Notes: generated by a model not told the origin, from the letters alone. A stretch of DNA of 64,000 bases from Oscillospiraceae bacterium (GCA_031265355.1 JAISCT010000011.1:1-64000), one strand, 5' to 3'; counted from the first letter of the stretch, positions 40,740-51,083 are shown. A program made the numbers and translations.

Positions 40740-41657
40740 ATGGTCAGGTATATTATAAAGAGGTGTTTTATCGGGGTGGTGACGCTGTTTGTGCTCATCA
40801 CGGTGACGTTCTTCCTGACGCGGTTGATGCCCGGCAATCCCTTTGAGGGAGACAACGTCAGTACGGCGACGCTGGAGAAGTTCGCAGAGGAGTACGGACT
40901 GAATCTCCCGATCCATCGGCAGTACGTCCGCTATGTCGGCAAACTCCTACAGGGAGACCTCGGGACCTCGTTCAAAAAGCCCGGCGTCTCCATCGTTTCA
41001 CTCATCGCCAAGGGGGCGCCCGCCACGATGTCGCTCGGGCTGACCGCCTATGTGTCGGCGATGTTTCTCGGGATCATCATCGGCGTCTGGGAGGCGGTCA
41101 GCAAGCAGGAGATGGTCAGGAGCGTGCTGATGTCGCTCTCGACGCTCGGCATCAGCGTGCCGAATTTCATCTTCGCCATCCTCATGATGCTGGTCTTCGG
41201 CGTGTGGCTACGGTGGTTTCCCACGCTGGGGCTCGACACGCCGAGACATTATGTGATGCCGGTGGTGACATTGGCGGTGTACCCCGTCGCCCAAATCTCC
41301 CGCCTGGTACACGCGAGCTTTACCGAGGCCATGCGCATGGACTACGTGACCATGGCGAAAGCAAAGGGGCTGCGACAGTCCACCGTCCTCTTCAAGCACA
41401 TCTTGAAAAACGCGCTGATTCCGGTGGTCACGAACTCAGGCCCGTTGATCGCCTTCCTGATGACGGGCAGCTTTGTGGTGGAGAGCATCTTCACGATCCC
41501 CGGCATTGGGCAGGAGTTTGTCAATTCTGTCTCCAACCGGGACTACACGGTGATCATGGGTCTGACGATCTTCGTCGGCGCGCTGATCATCCTTTGCAAT
41601 CTCGTGTGCGACGTGATCTGTCCGCTAATGGATCCGCGCATCAAGATCACCCGATAG
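40740..41657 (+). CDS. oppB: Oligopeptide/dipeptide ABC transporter permease (OppB/DppB-like)
   Basis: BPD_transp_1 permease with the typical N-term MVRYIIKR…FLTRLMPGNPF. Confidence 0.75.
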   Translation: MVRYIIKRCFIGVVTLFVLITVTFFLTRLMPGNPFEGDNVSTATLEKFAEEYGLNLPIHRQYVRYVGKLLQGDLGTSFKKPGVSIVSLIAKGAPATMSLGLTAYVSAMFLGIIIGVWEAVSKQEMVRSVLMSLSTLGISVPNFIFAILMMLVFGVWLRWFPTLGLDTPRHYVMPVVTLAVYPVAQISRLVHASFTEAMRMDYVTMAKAKGLRQSTVLFKHILKNALIPVVTNSGPLIAFLMTGSFVVESIFTIPGIGQEFVNSVSNRDYTVIMGLTIFVGALIILCNLVCDVICPLMDPRIKITR

Positions 41658-41669
41658 GGGGCGGCTGAT

Positions 41670-42581
41670 GTGGATCTGAAAACACTGTTTCTGCCGCTGG
41701 ATGTGTCGCGGAAGAACGACGAATTCATTGCCATGGAGAGCAAGTCCTTCGCGAAGGACGTCTGGCAGCGTTTCTGCCGCAACCGGCGCGCCCTGTTCGG
41801 GTTTGTGCTGCTGAGCTGTATCGTGCTCCTCGCCGTCTTCGGCGCCATGGCAAGTCCCTACACCTACGACGGACAGGACACCGCCATCCGCAACCTCCCG
41901 CCGCACGTACAGCACTGGTTCGGAACGGACAAATTCGGCCGGGACATCTTTACCCGGGTACTCTACGGTGTGCGGATGAGCCTGCTCATCGGGTTTGTCT
42001 CCACTGCCGTCAACTTTCTGGTCGGGCTGGTGTACGGCGGCGTCGCCGGCTACTGCGGCGGATACGCGGATATGCTGATGATGCGTGTGTGCGACATCCT
42101 CCACGCCATTCCGGCCATGCTCTACATCATCCTCATCATGCTGATCTTCGGGTCCCATGTCGGGAGCATCTTGATAGGCATCTGTCTCTCGGGGTGGGTG
42201 GGCGTCGCGCGGATCGTCCGCGCCCAGGTGCTGTCGCTGAAGGAGCGAGAGTATGCGCTGGCCGCCTATGTCCTCGGGAGCAGCCGGCGGCGGATTTTTT
42301 TCAAGCACCTGTTGGCCAATTCGATGGGCGCTCTCCTCGTCACCGTCACGCTGATGATCCCCCAGGCGATCTTTATGGAGGCGTTTTTGAGCTTTATCGG
42401 CATCGGTATCTCGGCCCCAATGGCCAGCCTCGGCACGCTCGCGCAGGATGCGAAGACGTATTTTCAAGTGTACCCCACGCAGATCCTCTTTCCGATCGGA
42501 ATGATCTGCCTGATCATCTTTTCGCTGAGTTTCATCAGCAAGGGCCTGGAGGAGGCGTTCGACCCCAGAAACAGGCGATAG
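41670..42581 (+). CDS. oppC: Oligopeptide ABC transporter permease (OppC/DppC-like)
   Basis: OppC-like N-term (…SFAKDVWQRFCRNRRALFG). GTG start at 41670 with a GGGGG RBS; the alternative is ATG 41730. Confidence 0.7.
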   Translation: MDLKTLFLPLDVSRKNDEFIAMESKSFAKDVWQRFCRNRRALFGFVLLSCIVLLAVFGAMASPYTYDGQDTAIRNLPPHVQHWFGTDKFGRDIFTRVLYGVRMSLLIGFVSTAVNFLVGLVYGGVAGYCGGYADMLMMRVCDILHAIPAMLYIILIMLIFGSHVGSILIGICLSGWVGVARIVRAQVLSLKEREYALAAYVLGSSRRRIFFKHLLANSMGALLVTVTLMIPQAIFMEAFLSFIGIGISAPMASLGTLAQDAKTYFQVYPTQILFPIGMICLIIFSLSFISKGLEEAFDPRNRR

Positions 42582-42596
42582 TAGGGAGGAACTCGA

Positions 42597-43742
42597 TTGA
42601 AACTGCTTGAAGTCCGGCATATGACGGTTGCGTTTAAGACGCAGCAGGGTGTCGTGCGGGCGGTCCGCGGCATCGACTTCTCGGTGGAGCGTGGCGAGAT
42701 CCTCGGAATCGTGGGGGAGTCCGGCTCCGGCAAGAGCGTAACCATGCTCTCGCTCATGGGCCTGCTGGCCGACAACGGCCGCCTGCTCTCGGGAGAGATC
42801 ATCTTCGATGGGGAGGACATCTCCCCGCCGCCCCGGGCGATCGGACAGGCGGGCCTCTCCCTATGGGACAGGGTGCGCGGCGCGCTTGTGCACCGACGGG
42901 CGTGGCGCATACACCGCGAACGGATGCGCACGCTCCGCGGACGCGAAGCGGCCATGATCTTTCAGGACCCGATGACGTACTTAAACCCCGTGTTGAGGAT
43001 CGGCACACAGATGACCGAGGGCCTCCGGCTCCATAAAAAATGCAGCCGGCGCAAGGCGTACGAGACGGCGCTGTCTCTGCTGCGGCAGGTGGGGATCAAC
43101 AGCCCGGAACAGCGCATGCGGCAGTATCCGTTTGAACTCTCGGGCGGTATGCGGCAGCGGATCATCGTGGCCATTGCACTCTCGTGTGGGCCGAAGCTCC
43201 TCATCGCCGACGAGCCGACGACCGCGCTGGACGTTACCGTCCAGGCCCAACTGCTGGATCTGATCCGGACCATGACCCGGGAGAGCCGCACCTCCGTCGT
43301 CATGATCACCCACGACCTCGGCATCGTCGCCACGATGTGCGACCGGATCGCGATCATGTATGCCGGCGAGATCGTGGAGGAGGGGCGTACGGACGAGATC
43401 TTTTACGCGCCGATGCACCCCTACACCGTGGGACTGCTCGGCAGCATCGCGAACACGGAGCGCAGCGTCCGGCAGGCGCTGGCGCCGATCCCGGGTACAC
43501 CGCCCGACTTGCTGCATCTCACCGGCGGGTGTGCCTTCGCGCCGCGCTGTGCGGACGCGATGAACATCTGTCTGGCCTACCGACCGGAACCTGCGGAGCG
43601 GAGCCGGACCCAGTGCTGCCGGTGCTGGAAATACTGCAAGGGCGCCGCACAGGAGATCATTGGGCGGCAGACGCGGCAGAGGGGAGGTGGGGCGGATGAC
43701 GACGCCGATTTTGGAGGTGGCGCATCTCTGCAAGTACTTTAA
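42597..43742 (+). CDS. oppD: Oligopeptide ABC transporter ATPase (OppD-like) with an atypical ~40-aa insertion and a Cys-rich C-terminus
   Basis: Walker A GESGSGKS, LSGGMRQR signature and a C-terminal oligo_HPY-like segment. Overlaps the next gene by ~47 nt. Confidence 0.7.
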   Translation: MKLLEVRHMTVAFKTQQGVVRAVRGIDFSVERGEILGIVGESGSGKSVTMLSLMGLLADNGRLLSGEIIFDGEDISPPPRAIGQAGLSLWDRVRGALVHRRAWRIHRERMRTLRGREAAMIFQDPMTYLNPVLRIGTQMTEGLRLHKKCSRRKAYETALSLLRQVGINSPEQRMRQYPFELSGGMRQRIIVAIALSCGPKLLIADEPTTALDVTVQAQLLDLIRTMTRESRTSVVMITHDLGIVATMCDRIAIMYAGEIVEEGRTDEIFYAPMHPYTVGLLGSIANTERSVRQALAPIPGTPPDLLHLTGGCAFAPRCADAMNICLAYRPEPAERSRTQCCRCWKYCKGAAQEIIGRQTRQRGGGADDDADFGGGASLQVL

Positions 43743-44745
43743 CGCGGGGCATGCCGCGTCCGGGGAGACAAAAAAACTGAAAGCGGTGGAAGACGTCTCC
43801 TTTGCCATCGCGCCGGGCGAGACGATGGGGCTGGTCGGCGAGAGCGGGTGCGGGAAGAGTACGCTGGGCCGGACGATCGTCCGCATCCACGACCCGACCG
43901 CGGGCCGCATTCTCTACAAGGGAGAGGACATCACCCAGCGAAAGAACAAACACCTGCTGCCGGTGCGCCGGAGCATGCAGATGATCTTTCAGGACCCGTA
44001 CGCCAGTCTGGACCCCCGCTGTACGGTGGGCGACATTTTGGCGGAACCGATGGAGATCCACCGCCTGTACACAAAGCGGGAGCGGGCGGCGCGGGTGCAG
44101 GCGTTGCTGGAGACGGTCGGGCTGAAACCGGATCACATCCGCCGGTACCCGCATGAATTTTCCGGCGGCCAGCGGCAGCGGATCAGCATCGCGCGGACAT
44201 TGGCCCTCGACCCGGAGTTCATCGTGTGCGACGAGCCGATCTCCGCGCTGGACGTGTCGATCCAGGCCCAGATCATCAACCTGTTGGAGCGCATCCAGGA
44301 CAAACGGGGTCTCTCGTATCTCTTCATTGCCCATGACCTCGGCATGGTCCGGCACATCAGCCACAAGATCGGCGTGATGTACCTGGGACACATGATGGAG
44401 TACGGACAGACAGCCGACGTGTACGACAACCCATACCACCCTTACACGAAGGCGCTGCTCTCCGCCGTGCCTGTGCCGGACCCAAAGACGGCGCGCGCCA
44501 AACAGCGTATCGTGCTCAAAGGCGAGGTGTTCACGCCGATCGACCCGCCGGCCTGCTGCCTGTTTGCGACCCGATGTCCGCACGTCATGGCGCGCTGCCG
44601 GCGCATCGACCCGCCGGTGTGCCATGTGGCGGGCCGGCGCGTGGCCTGCCACCTTTACACGCCGGATTTTCTGGCGCTGCGCCGCAACGGAGAGAATCCG
44701 ATCTTCACGGACCCGCTGGGCTGGCGGGCGGATATCCCGGTCTGA
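43696..44745 (+). CDS. oppF: Oligopeptide ABC transporter ATPase (OppF-like)
   Basis: Walker A GESGCGKST and FSGGQRQR. ATG at 43696 with a GGAGGTG RBS. Confidence 0.75.
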   Translation: MTTPILEVAHLCKYFNAGHAASGETKKLKAVEDVSFAIAPGETMGLVGESGCGKSTLGRTIVRIHDPTAGRILYKGEDITQRKNKHLLPVRRSMQMIFQDPYASLDPRCTVGDILAEPMEIHRLYTKRERAARVQALLETVGLKPDHIRRYPHEFSGGQRQRISIARTLALDPEFIVCDEPISALDVSIQAQIINLLERIQDKRGLSYLFIAHDLGMVRHISHKIGVMYLGHMMEYGQTADVYDNPYHPYTKALLSAVPVPDPKTARAKQRIVLKGEVFTPIDPPACCLFATRCPHVMARCRRIDPPVCHVAGRRVACHLYTPDFLALRRNGENPIFTDPLGWRADIPV

Positions 44746-44856
44746 CCCGGCTGTCGGCGGCGCTTTGCGCCGCGAAACATAAAAAGCGTGAAAAGTGTAG
44801 AAGGCCGCCGTGCGGGTTCGTCCGCCCGGCGTGCCCAGGGGAAAGGATGGTAACAC

Positions 44857-46488
44857 ATGAAAACGATGAAAACGATGGGTCTGCTGCTGATGAGCGCCGC
44901 ACTGGTTCTGACCGCGGCCGCCTGCGGGGCCGGAGCCGGTCCGGAGGGCGCGGAGACGCGAAGCGGTGTTCTGAAAAAGAGCATCACGATGAAGGGCGGC
45001 GCGATGGAGGGTTCCCTTGACCCGGCCGGCGTCGCGATCTCCTCCTATGTCGAGTACGCGAAACTTTGTATCGACCCGCTCGTCTCCTTCGACAGCCAGG
45101 GCACGCTGATCTACGAGGCCACCGAAAGCCACACGGTGAACGAGGACCAGACGATCTGGACCTTCCGGCTGCGCGCGGACGGCAAGTGGAGCGACGGTTC
45201 TCCGGTGGTGGCGGCCGATTTTCTCAACACGATCCGGCGCTGTCTCGCGCCGGACGGCCAGTCCATCTATGCGGACCAGCTCTATGTGATCCGGGGCGCG
45301 CAGGAGGCGCATGAGGACCCGGCCCTTCTCGACAGTATCGGCGTGTCCGTGCCAGATGAATACACACTGGAGTTCACGCTGAAACAGCCCTGCGCGTACT
45401 TTCTCAAACTCCTGACGCTGCCGGTGTTCGCGCCGTCGAAGGAGGGGCTCGCGATGAACAGCGATCCCGCCTGGTACACAAACCCGGCCACCAGTCTCGG
45501 AAATGGCGCGTTTTACATGACGGAGTATGTACAGGACGAGCGGTATGTACTCGCGAAGAACCCGCATTACCACAGCGCCGATCGGGTGAAGATTGACGAG
45601 GTCGTCGTGCGTACGATCACCGACAGCACGGCGGCGGTCGCCGCCTACAAGTCCGGTGAGGTGGACGTAGCCTCCGGCTTGCCGGCGTATATTCTGGACG
45701 AGTACAAAGAAAAGGAGGATCTGTACATCTGGAACATGCAGACGACGAAGTTCATTTTGCCGAACCTAAACGTAGCGCCGCTGGACGACGTCCGTGTGCG
45801 GCAAGCCATCGCGCTCGGGATCGACCGGGCCTCGGTCTGTGCGGCGGTGGGCAGCGACTATATCCCCACCACTTCGTTTGTGGCCAAGTCGATGATCTCA
45901 AACGCCTCCGACAAGCCGTTCAGCGAGGAGAAGGCGCCACTGTTTACCGAGGACGTCGCACTGGCCCGGCAGCTACTTGCCGAGGCCGGTTATCCGGGTG
46001 GAGAGGGCTTCCCGACGCTCACTTACAGCTATCCGAACACCGAGACGGACTCCGACCTTGCCCAGGCGATCCAAGCCCAGCTCAAGGACAACCTCGGCGT
46101 CAATCTTGAATTGAACGGCATGGAGATGCAAGTCTTTTCCTCCGAGCGCCGCGCGGGGAATTTCACGCTCAGCCGCCACAGCTGGACGGCGGACTACACC
46201 GACCCAATCAACTACCTGTCTCTGTATACCTCCTACTCGGGCAACAACGACAACGGCGTGAACGACGCCGAGTTTGACCGCCTGGTCGAGGCGTCCAACC
46301 TCGCGATGGAGCCTGCCGCACGAAATGAACTGCTGCACGAGGCCGAGGCGCGGCTGGTGGCGAACCAGTTCTATGTGATCCCCGTCAACACACAGATCTA
46401 CGTCGGCCTCCGCAACCCGAAGATCACGGGCGTCACCGTGAACGACCGGGGCGAGGGGATGTACCGTTTTGCGGATCTTCTGCCCTGA
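44857..46488 (+). CDS. ABC transporter substrate-binding lipoprotein, family 5 (OppA/DppA-like)
   Basis: Lipobox LTAAAC. SBP_bac_5-like sequence. Confidence 0.75.
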   Translation: MKTMKTMGLLLMSAALVLTAAACGAGAGPEGAETRSGVLKKSITMKGGAMEGSLDPAGVAISSYVEYAKLCIDPLVSFDSQGTLIYEATESHTVNEDQTIWTFRLRADGKWSDGSPVVAADFLNTIRRCLAPDGQSIYADQLYVIRGAQEAHEDPALLDSIGVSVPDEYTLEFTLKQPCAYFLKLLTLPVFAPSKEGLAMNSDPAWYTNPATSLGNGAFYMTEYVQDERYVLAKNPHYHSADRVKIDEVVVRTITDSTAAVAAYKSGEVDVASGLPAYILDEYKEKEDLYIWNMQTTKFILPNLNVAPLDDVRVRQAIALGIDRASVCAAVGSDYIPTTSFVAKSMISNASDKPFSEEKAPLFTEDVALARQLLAEAGYPGGEGFPTLTYSYPNTETDSDLAQAIQAQLKDNLGVNLELNGMEMQVFSSERRAGNFTLSRHSWTADYTDPINYLSLYTSYSGNNDNGVNDAEFDRLVEASNLAMEPAARNELLHEAEARLVANQFYVIPVNTQIYVGLRNPKITGVTVNDRGEGMYRFADLLP

Positions 46489-46518
46489 GCGGATGGATTG
46501 TGGAAAGGAGTGTGCGCG

Positions 46519-47628
46519 ATGATTGAGCGGTTGATCAAACCGGGCATCCGGCAGATTCCGCCCTACATCCCGGGGGACACCGATGAGAGCGCCCGCCGGT
46601 ACCAGGTACAGGAGATTTTCAAACTGGCCTCCAACGAAAACCAGCTCGGCGCTTCGCCGAAGGCGCTGGAGGCGATACGTGCGGCGATCCCATCCGCCCA
46701 CATCTATCCGGATCCCTTCTGTGCGGGGCTGCGTGCGAAAATCGGCCAGGCCTTCGGCTTCGCAGACCCGGCCGACCATGTGACGATCTCCGTCGGTGCC
46801 AGCGGGGCCATTGCGCTGCTGGGAGAGATCTTCATCGGCGCGGGCGACGAAGTCGTCTACTGCGAACCCACATTCGGCGCATACGCCGGGGCAGTTCGGC
46901 GCAATTTCGGCACGCCGGCGGTCCGGCCGCTCACAGCCGGCGGAGCCTTTGACCTGGCCGCCATGCGGGCGGCGGTCACGGACAGGACAAAGATGATCTT
47001 TCTCTGCAACCCCAACAACCCGACGGGAGGCGCGGTGGACCCGGCCGCGCTCCGGGCGTTTATCCACAGTCTGCCCGACCATGTGGTGCTGGTGGTGGAC
47101 GAGGCGTACATCGAGTTTGCCGACGACCCGGCGGCCAGCGTGGTGTCCGAGATCGCGGAGGACATCAACCTCGTGGTTCTGCGCACGTTTTCGAAACTGT
47201 ACGGCCTGGCGGGGATGCGGATCGGTTACACGCTCACAAACCGGGAGATCCACGGCGTGCTGCAGCGGAGCACCAGTGTCTTCGTCGCCGGCCGGCTGGC
47301 CTTGGCGGCGGCCGACGCGGCGCTCTCCGACACGGATTTTACGGCGGAGAGCGTCCGGGTCGTCCAGGCGGGGCGGCGCTTTCTGACGGAGGCGCTGACG
47401 GCGATGGGCTGCCGGGTGTACCCGTCCCAGGCCAATTTCCTGTATGTGGACACGGGATACAACCCCGCGGCGCTGGCGGCGGCCTGTAAGGAGCGCGGCC
47501 TTATCATTCGGGGCAACTTTGCCTGTACCCGCATCACCGTGGGCACGCCGTACCAAAACGGACGCGTGGTGGAGATTCTGCGGGATGTCATGGCGTCCGG
47601 CGCGGCGGGCGAGGCTTTTGACACTTGA
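46519..47628 (+). CDS. hisC: Class-II aminotransferase, histidinol-phosphate aminotransferase-like
   Basis: LASNENQLGASP motif. ATG at 46519 with a GGAAAGGAG RBS. Confidence 0.6.
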   Translation: MIERLIKPGIRQIPPYIPGDTDESARRYQVQEIFKLASNENQLGASPKALEAIRAAIPSAHIYPDPFCAGLRAKIGQAFGFADPADHVTISVGASGAIALLGEIFIGAGDEVVYCEPTFGAYAGAVRRNFGTPAVRPLTAGGAFDLAAMRAAVTDRTKMIFLCNPNNPTGGAVDPAALRAFIHSLPDHVVLVVDEAYIEFADDPAASVVSEIAEDINLVVLRTFSKLYGLAGMRIGYTLTNREIHGVLQRSTSVFVAGRLALAAADAALSDTDFTAESVRVVQAGRRFLTEALTAMGCRVYPSQANFLYVDTGYNPAALAAACKERGLIIRGNFACTRITVGTPYQNGRVVEILRDVMASGAAGEAFDT

Positions 47629-47673
47629 ACCATGGATGATTCAAGATCATGTGTGACGTGGGAGGGGAGACGT

Positions 47674-49482
47674 ATGACGCAATCGATTACGGAGAGTCTG
47701 GCGAGCACGGCGCAGGGGATCAACATCCTCTGGACGCTGGTCGCGGCCGCGCTGGTGTTTTTTATGCAGGCGGGGTTTGCGATGGTGGAGACCGGATTTA
47801 CGCGCGCCAAAAACGCCGGCAACATCATCATGAAGAACCTGATGGATTTTGCCTGCGGGACGCCCGTGTTTTGGTGCGTGGGGTTTGGGCTCATGTTTGG
47901 CGGCGGCGGCGCGCTCGTCGGCGGGCTGGATCTGTTCACTGGCGCGGCGGCGGCGGCGGACCAGTATGACTACACGACACTGATATTTCAGACCGTCTTC
48001 TGCGCGACGGCGGCGACCATTGTCTCAGGCGCCATGGCGGAGCGGACGCGGTTTCGCGCCTATCTGCTCTATTCCGTTGCCATCAGTGCGCTGGTCTATC
48101 CGGTTTCCGGACACTGGATCTGGGGTGGCGGCTGGCTCTCCGGGCTGGGATTCCACGATTTCGCGGGCTCCACGGCGGTCCACATGGTGGGCGGCGTCGC
48201 CTCTCTGGTCGGCGCAAAGATGCTCGGCGCGCGCATCGGAAAGTACGGCCGGGACGGAAAGTCCCGCGCGATCCCGGGTCACAGCCTGACGCTCGGCGCG
48301 CTGGGGGTGTTCATCCTCTGGTTCTGTTGGTTCGGGTTTAACGGCGGTTCGACGACCGCCATGCTCACGGACGCGGGCGGCGGTGTCCTCGGCCATGCCG
48401 CCGCGCTGCTGGCCTCGAAGGTCTTTGTCACGACCAACCTGGCCGCAGCCGTCGCGGCCGTCGCCGCGATGGCGGTCACATGGATCAAGTACAAGCGGCC
48501 CGACGTTTCGATGACATTGAACGGCGCACTGGCCGGGCTTGTCGCCATCACCGCCGGCTGCGACGTCGTGAATCCGTGGGCGGCAGCGGTCATCGGTCTT
48601 ACGGCGGGCGCGTTCATTGTGCCGTCGATCGAGTGGATCGACAAAGTGCTGAAGACGGACGACCCGGTGGGCGCCATCGGTGTACACGGCGTTTGCGGCG
48701 CCCTGGGCACGATGCTGACCGGTTTGCTGATCTCCGACGCCGATCTCGCCGCGCTGAACGCCGGCCGTCTGCGCGAGGGCGCGGCCGCGCTGTCGCGCGC
48801 GGGTTTTCTCGGCGTACAGGTGCTGGGTGTGGCGGCGGTGGCTCTCTGGGTGGGCGCAGCGATGACGGTGATCTTCTTTTTGATCAAAAAGACCGTCGGT
48901 CTCCGGGTTACCACCGAGGCGGAGGTGTTGGGCCTTGACATGGCCGAGCACGGGCTGGCCAGCAGCTACGCTGACTTCCTGGCCTCGCCGGAGGCCCTGG
49001 AACCCACCCCCCGCGCGCCCGGCGCCATGGACGAGGGGACGGCGCCACCGGCGCCGGCATCGTCCGTGCCGGTGGCGCAGGCGATACCGGTGGTGCACCG
49101 GAAGCACCCGATGCCCCACACGGAGATCAAATTTACCAAAGTTGACATCGTGACGAAACCGCAACAGTTGGAGCCGCTGAAGGTGGCGATGAACGAGGTG
49201 GGTATCACCGGCATGACGGTCACGAACGTGATGGGCTTCGGGATGCAAAAGGGCAACCAGGCGTATTACCGCGGCGTGGAGATGGATGTGAATTTCCTAC
49301 CCAAGATCAAACTGGAAATCGTGGTCTGCAAAGTGCCGGTCCAAACCGTGATCGAGACTGCCAAGACGGTCCTCTACACCGGCCGAATCGGAGACGGGAA
49401 GATCTTTGTATACGACGTGGAGAACGTGGTCAAAGTCCGCACCGGCGAAGAGGGCTACGACGCACTCCAGGATGTGGAGTGA
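47674..49482 (+). CDS. Ammonium transporter (Amt/AmtB) fused through an Ala/Pro-rich linker to a C-terminal canonical PII (GlnK-like) domain
   Basis: Amt signatures (…GLDMAEHGLASSY) followed by MTVTNVMGFGMQKGNQAYYRGVEMDVNFLPKIK…GDGKIFVYDVENVVKVRTGEEG, which has T-loop Tyr51-type context, B-loop and C-loop. ATG at 47674 with a GGGAGGGGAGA RBS. Confidence 0.75.
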   Translation: MTQSITESLASTAQGINILWTLVAAALVFFMQAGFAMVETGFTRAKNAGNIIMKNLMDFACGTPVFWCVGFGLMFGGGGALVGGLDLFTGAAAAADQYDYTTLIFQTVFCATAATIVSGAMAERTRFRAYLLYSVAISALVYPVSGHWIWGGGWLSGLGFHDFAGSTAVHMVGGVASLVGAKMLGARIGKYGRDGKSRAIPGHSLTLGALGVFILWFCWFGFNGGSTTAMLTDAGGGVLGHAAALLASKVFVTTNLAAAVAAVAAMAVTWIKYKRPDVSMTLNGALAGLVAITAGCDVVNPWAAAVIGLTAGAFIVPSIEWIDKVLKTDDPVGAIGVHGVCGALGTMLTGLLISDADLAALNAGRLREGAAALSRAGFLGVQVLGVAAVALWVGAAMTVIFFLIKKTVGLRVTTEAEVLGLDMAEHGLASSYADFLASPEALEPTPRAPGAMDEGTAPPAPASSVPVAQAIPVVHRKHPMPHTEIKFTKVDIVTKPQQLEPLKVAMNEVGITGMTVTNVMGFGMQKGNQAYYRGVEMDVNFLPKIKLEIVVCKVPVQTVIETAKTVLYTGRIGDGKIFVYDVENVVKVRTGEEGYDALQDVE

Positions 49483-49515
49483 GAGCGGTATACAGGCAGA
49501 CGCGCCGTTCACCGC

Positions 49516-49544
49516 TTGACATCTGCTATAAATGCGAGTATAAT
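49516..49544 (+). promoter_or_regulatory. Consensus sigma-A promoter TTGACA, 17 nt, TATAAT upstream of the cupin-AraC regulator gene
   Basis: Perfect hexamers with a 17-nt spacer. Confidence 0.6.
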
Positions 49545-49617
49545 GCTTTTTGAGAAGATATAATATAAAATTATTACACAATTTTATAACAATCTTGCAT
49601 ACTTGGGAGTGTGTGGG

Positions 49618-50517
49618 ATGGAGAAGATCATTTTCACAGATAAGAATCAGATGGAGATCAAAGCGTCGCATGGCACGCTGGCGTTTCCCTTCCATGTTCA
49701 TCCTGAAAAGATCTTGAATTACAAAGGGCAGCAGTTCGATTGTCACTGGCACAAGGAGATGGAATTGACGCTGATTTGTGACGGAGGCATGGGGTACAAG
49801 GCCAACGACAGAGAATATTTTCTCACGGCGGGAGATTGCCTGTTTATCAATTCCAATGTCCTTCACATGGGTTGGTCCGTCGAGCGGCAGAACTGTTCTT
49901 ACTATGCGGTCACGGTCAATCCGACGATGTTTGGCAGAGACGACAGCGCCGTCATGCAAAAGTACGTGACGCCTGTTTTGAACAGCAATATGCTGTCATC
50001 CTATTTATTCCGAAAAGAGATCGATTGGCAAAAAAATATCATTGACGCAGTCAAAAAGATGGAGATGATCTATCGACAAAAAGCCATCTGCTATGAGATT
50101 GTGATTGTCGGACTGTTGATGGAGATATGGGGGCTGTTTTGCCAGAATATTGAAAGTGTTCTGCAAACAAATGATATGACCCCCAAGAGTGTGGGTCATA
50201 TCAAAAATGTTTTGTCCTATATATTTGCCAATTACGACACCAAAATCACCCTGGCCGACATGGCGGCGGCGGCCAACATCTCTAAAAGCGAGTGCAGCCA
50301 TGCCTTCAAACGCTTTATGAGGGAGACGCCCTTTGAATACCTGCTGCGGTACAGGGTGGAAAAAAGCCTCCCTGCCCTGATGGACCCGACGCAGTCCATC
50401 ACAACCGCGGCCCTGTCCGTCGGTTTTTCCAGCGCGAGTTATTACGCGGAAATCTTCAAACGGTGCATGGGCATGACGCCGAGAGAGTACCGCAAACAAG
50501 AGGCGCTTGATGGATGA
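49618..50517 (+). CDS. AraC-family regulator with an N-terminal cupin sensor domain
   Basis: C-terminal AraC HTH (…SECSHAFKRFMRETPFEYLLRYRVEKS…). ATG at 49618 with a TGGGAG RBS. Looks AT-richer than its neighbours. Confidence 0.7.
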   Translation: MEKIIFTDKNQMEIKASHGTLAFPFHVHPEKILNYKGQQFDCHWHKEMELTLICDGGMGYKANDREYFLTAGDCLFINSNVLHMGWSVERQNCSYYAVTVNPTMFGRDDSAVMQKYVTPVLNSNMLSSYLFRKEIDWQKNIIDAVKKMEMIYRQKAICYEIVIVGLLMEIWGLFCQNIESVLQTNDMTPKSVGHIKNVLSYIFANYDTKITLADMAAAANISKSECSHAFKRFMRETPFEYLLRYRVEKSLPALMDPTQSITTAALSVGFSSASYYAEIFKRCMGMTPREYRKQEALDG

Positions 50518-50549
50518 TGCGTCTGTGAGTGTACCCTATGCCTTTGGTG

Positions 50550-51083
50550 TCATTTGGCTTTGGCCGGTTGTTTCGTTTCTAAGTAGGAACCGCAAAATTC
50601 ACATTCGCCGACTGTACCTTCTATGAGTTTGCTCTTGGCGCCGCAGCCCTCGCATTCGACGAGTACGTATTTTGTGCCGGACGGCGGCGGTGCGGCTGTT
50701 CGGGCAGGGGCGGTTTGAAGGGTGGGCGGTGGACGTTTGGGCGTCTGTGTCTGCGTGGAGGCCACCGAGGCGACGAGAGAGGTGGCGAGGCCCAGGGCCG
50801 TCATACCGGAGCTGCGCTTAGCCCGGCGCATCCGTTTGCCGGTCGAGCTGCCCCAAATCACCAACACGAGGCCAATGACCGCCAGAATCGTGGGCAGCGA
50901 AGGAAGAACGATGGGTTCGCTGCCACGCAGGAGCAGAGCACCGAGGAGCACGGGGACGGAGTAGAAAAGAAAGATCACGCCGAAGATAACCTGCGCAAAG
51001 GCAATCACAACCCGCGTGAGAGAATACTCCCTCCCACTTCGGTGTGTGCGCGTGCTCGTACGCCGGCGAGTATATCTGCCCAT
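50550..51083 (-). CDS. Hypothetical membrane protein with a C-terminal zinc-ribbon-like CEGCG…CEFCG motif
   Basis: Track ORF. Probable ATG at MGRYTRRR. Two TM segments and a Pro/Thr/Ala-rich linker. Confidence 0.45.
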   Translation of the reverse strand: MGRYTRRRTSTRTHRSGREYSLTRVVIAFAQVIFGVIFLFYSVPVLLGALLLRGSEPIVLPSLPTILAVIGLVLVIWGSSTGKRMRRAKRSSGMTALGLATSLVASVASTQTQTPKRPPPTLQTAPARTAAPPPSGTKYVLVECEGCGAKSKLIEGTVGECEFCGSYLETKQPAKAK

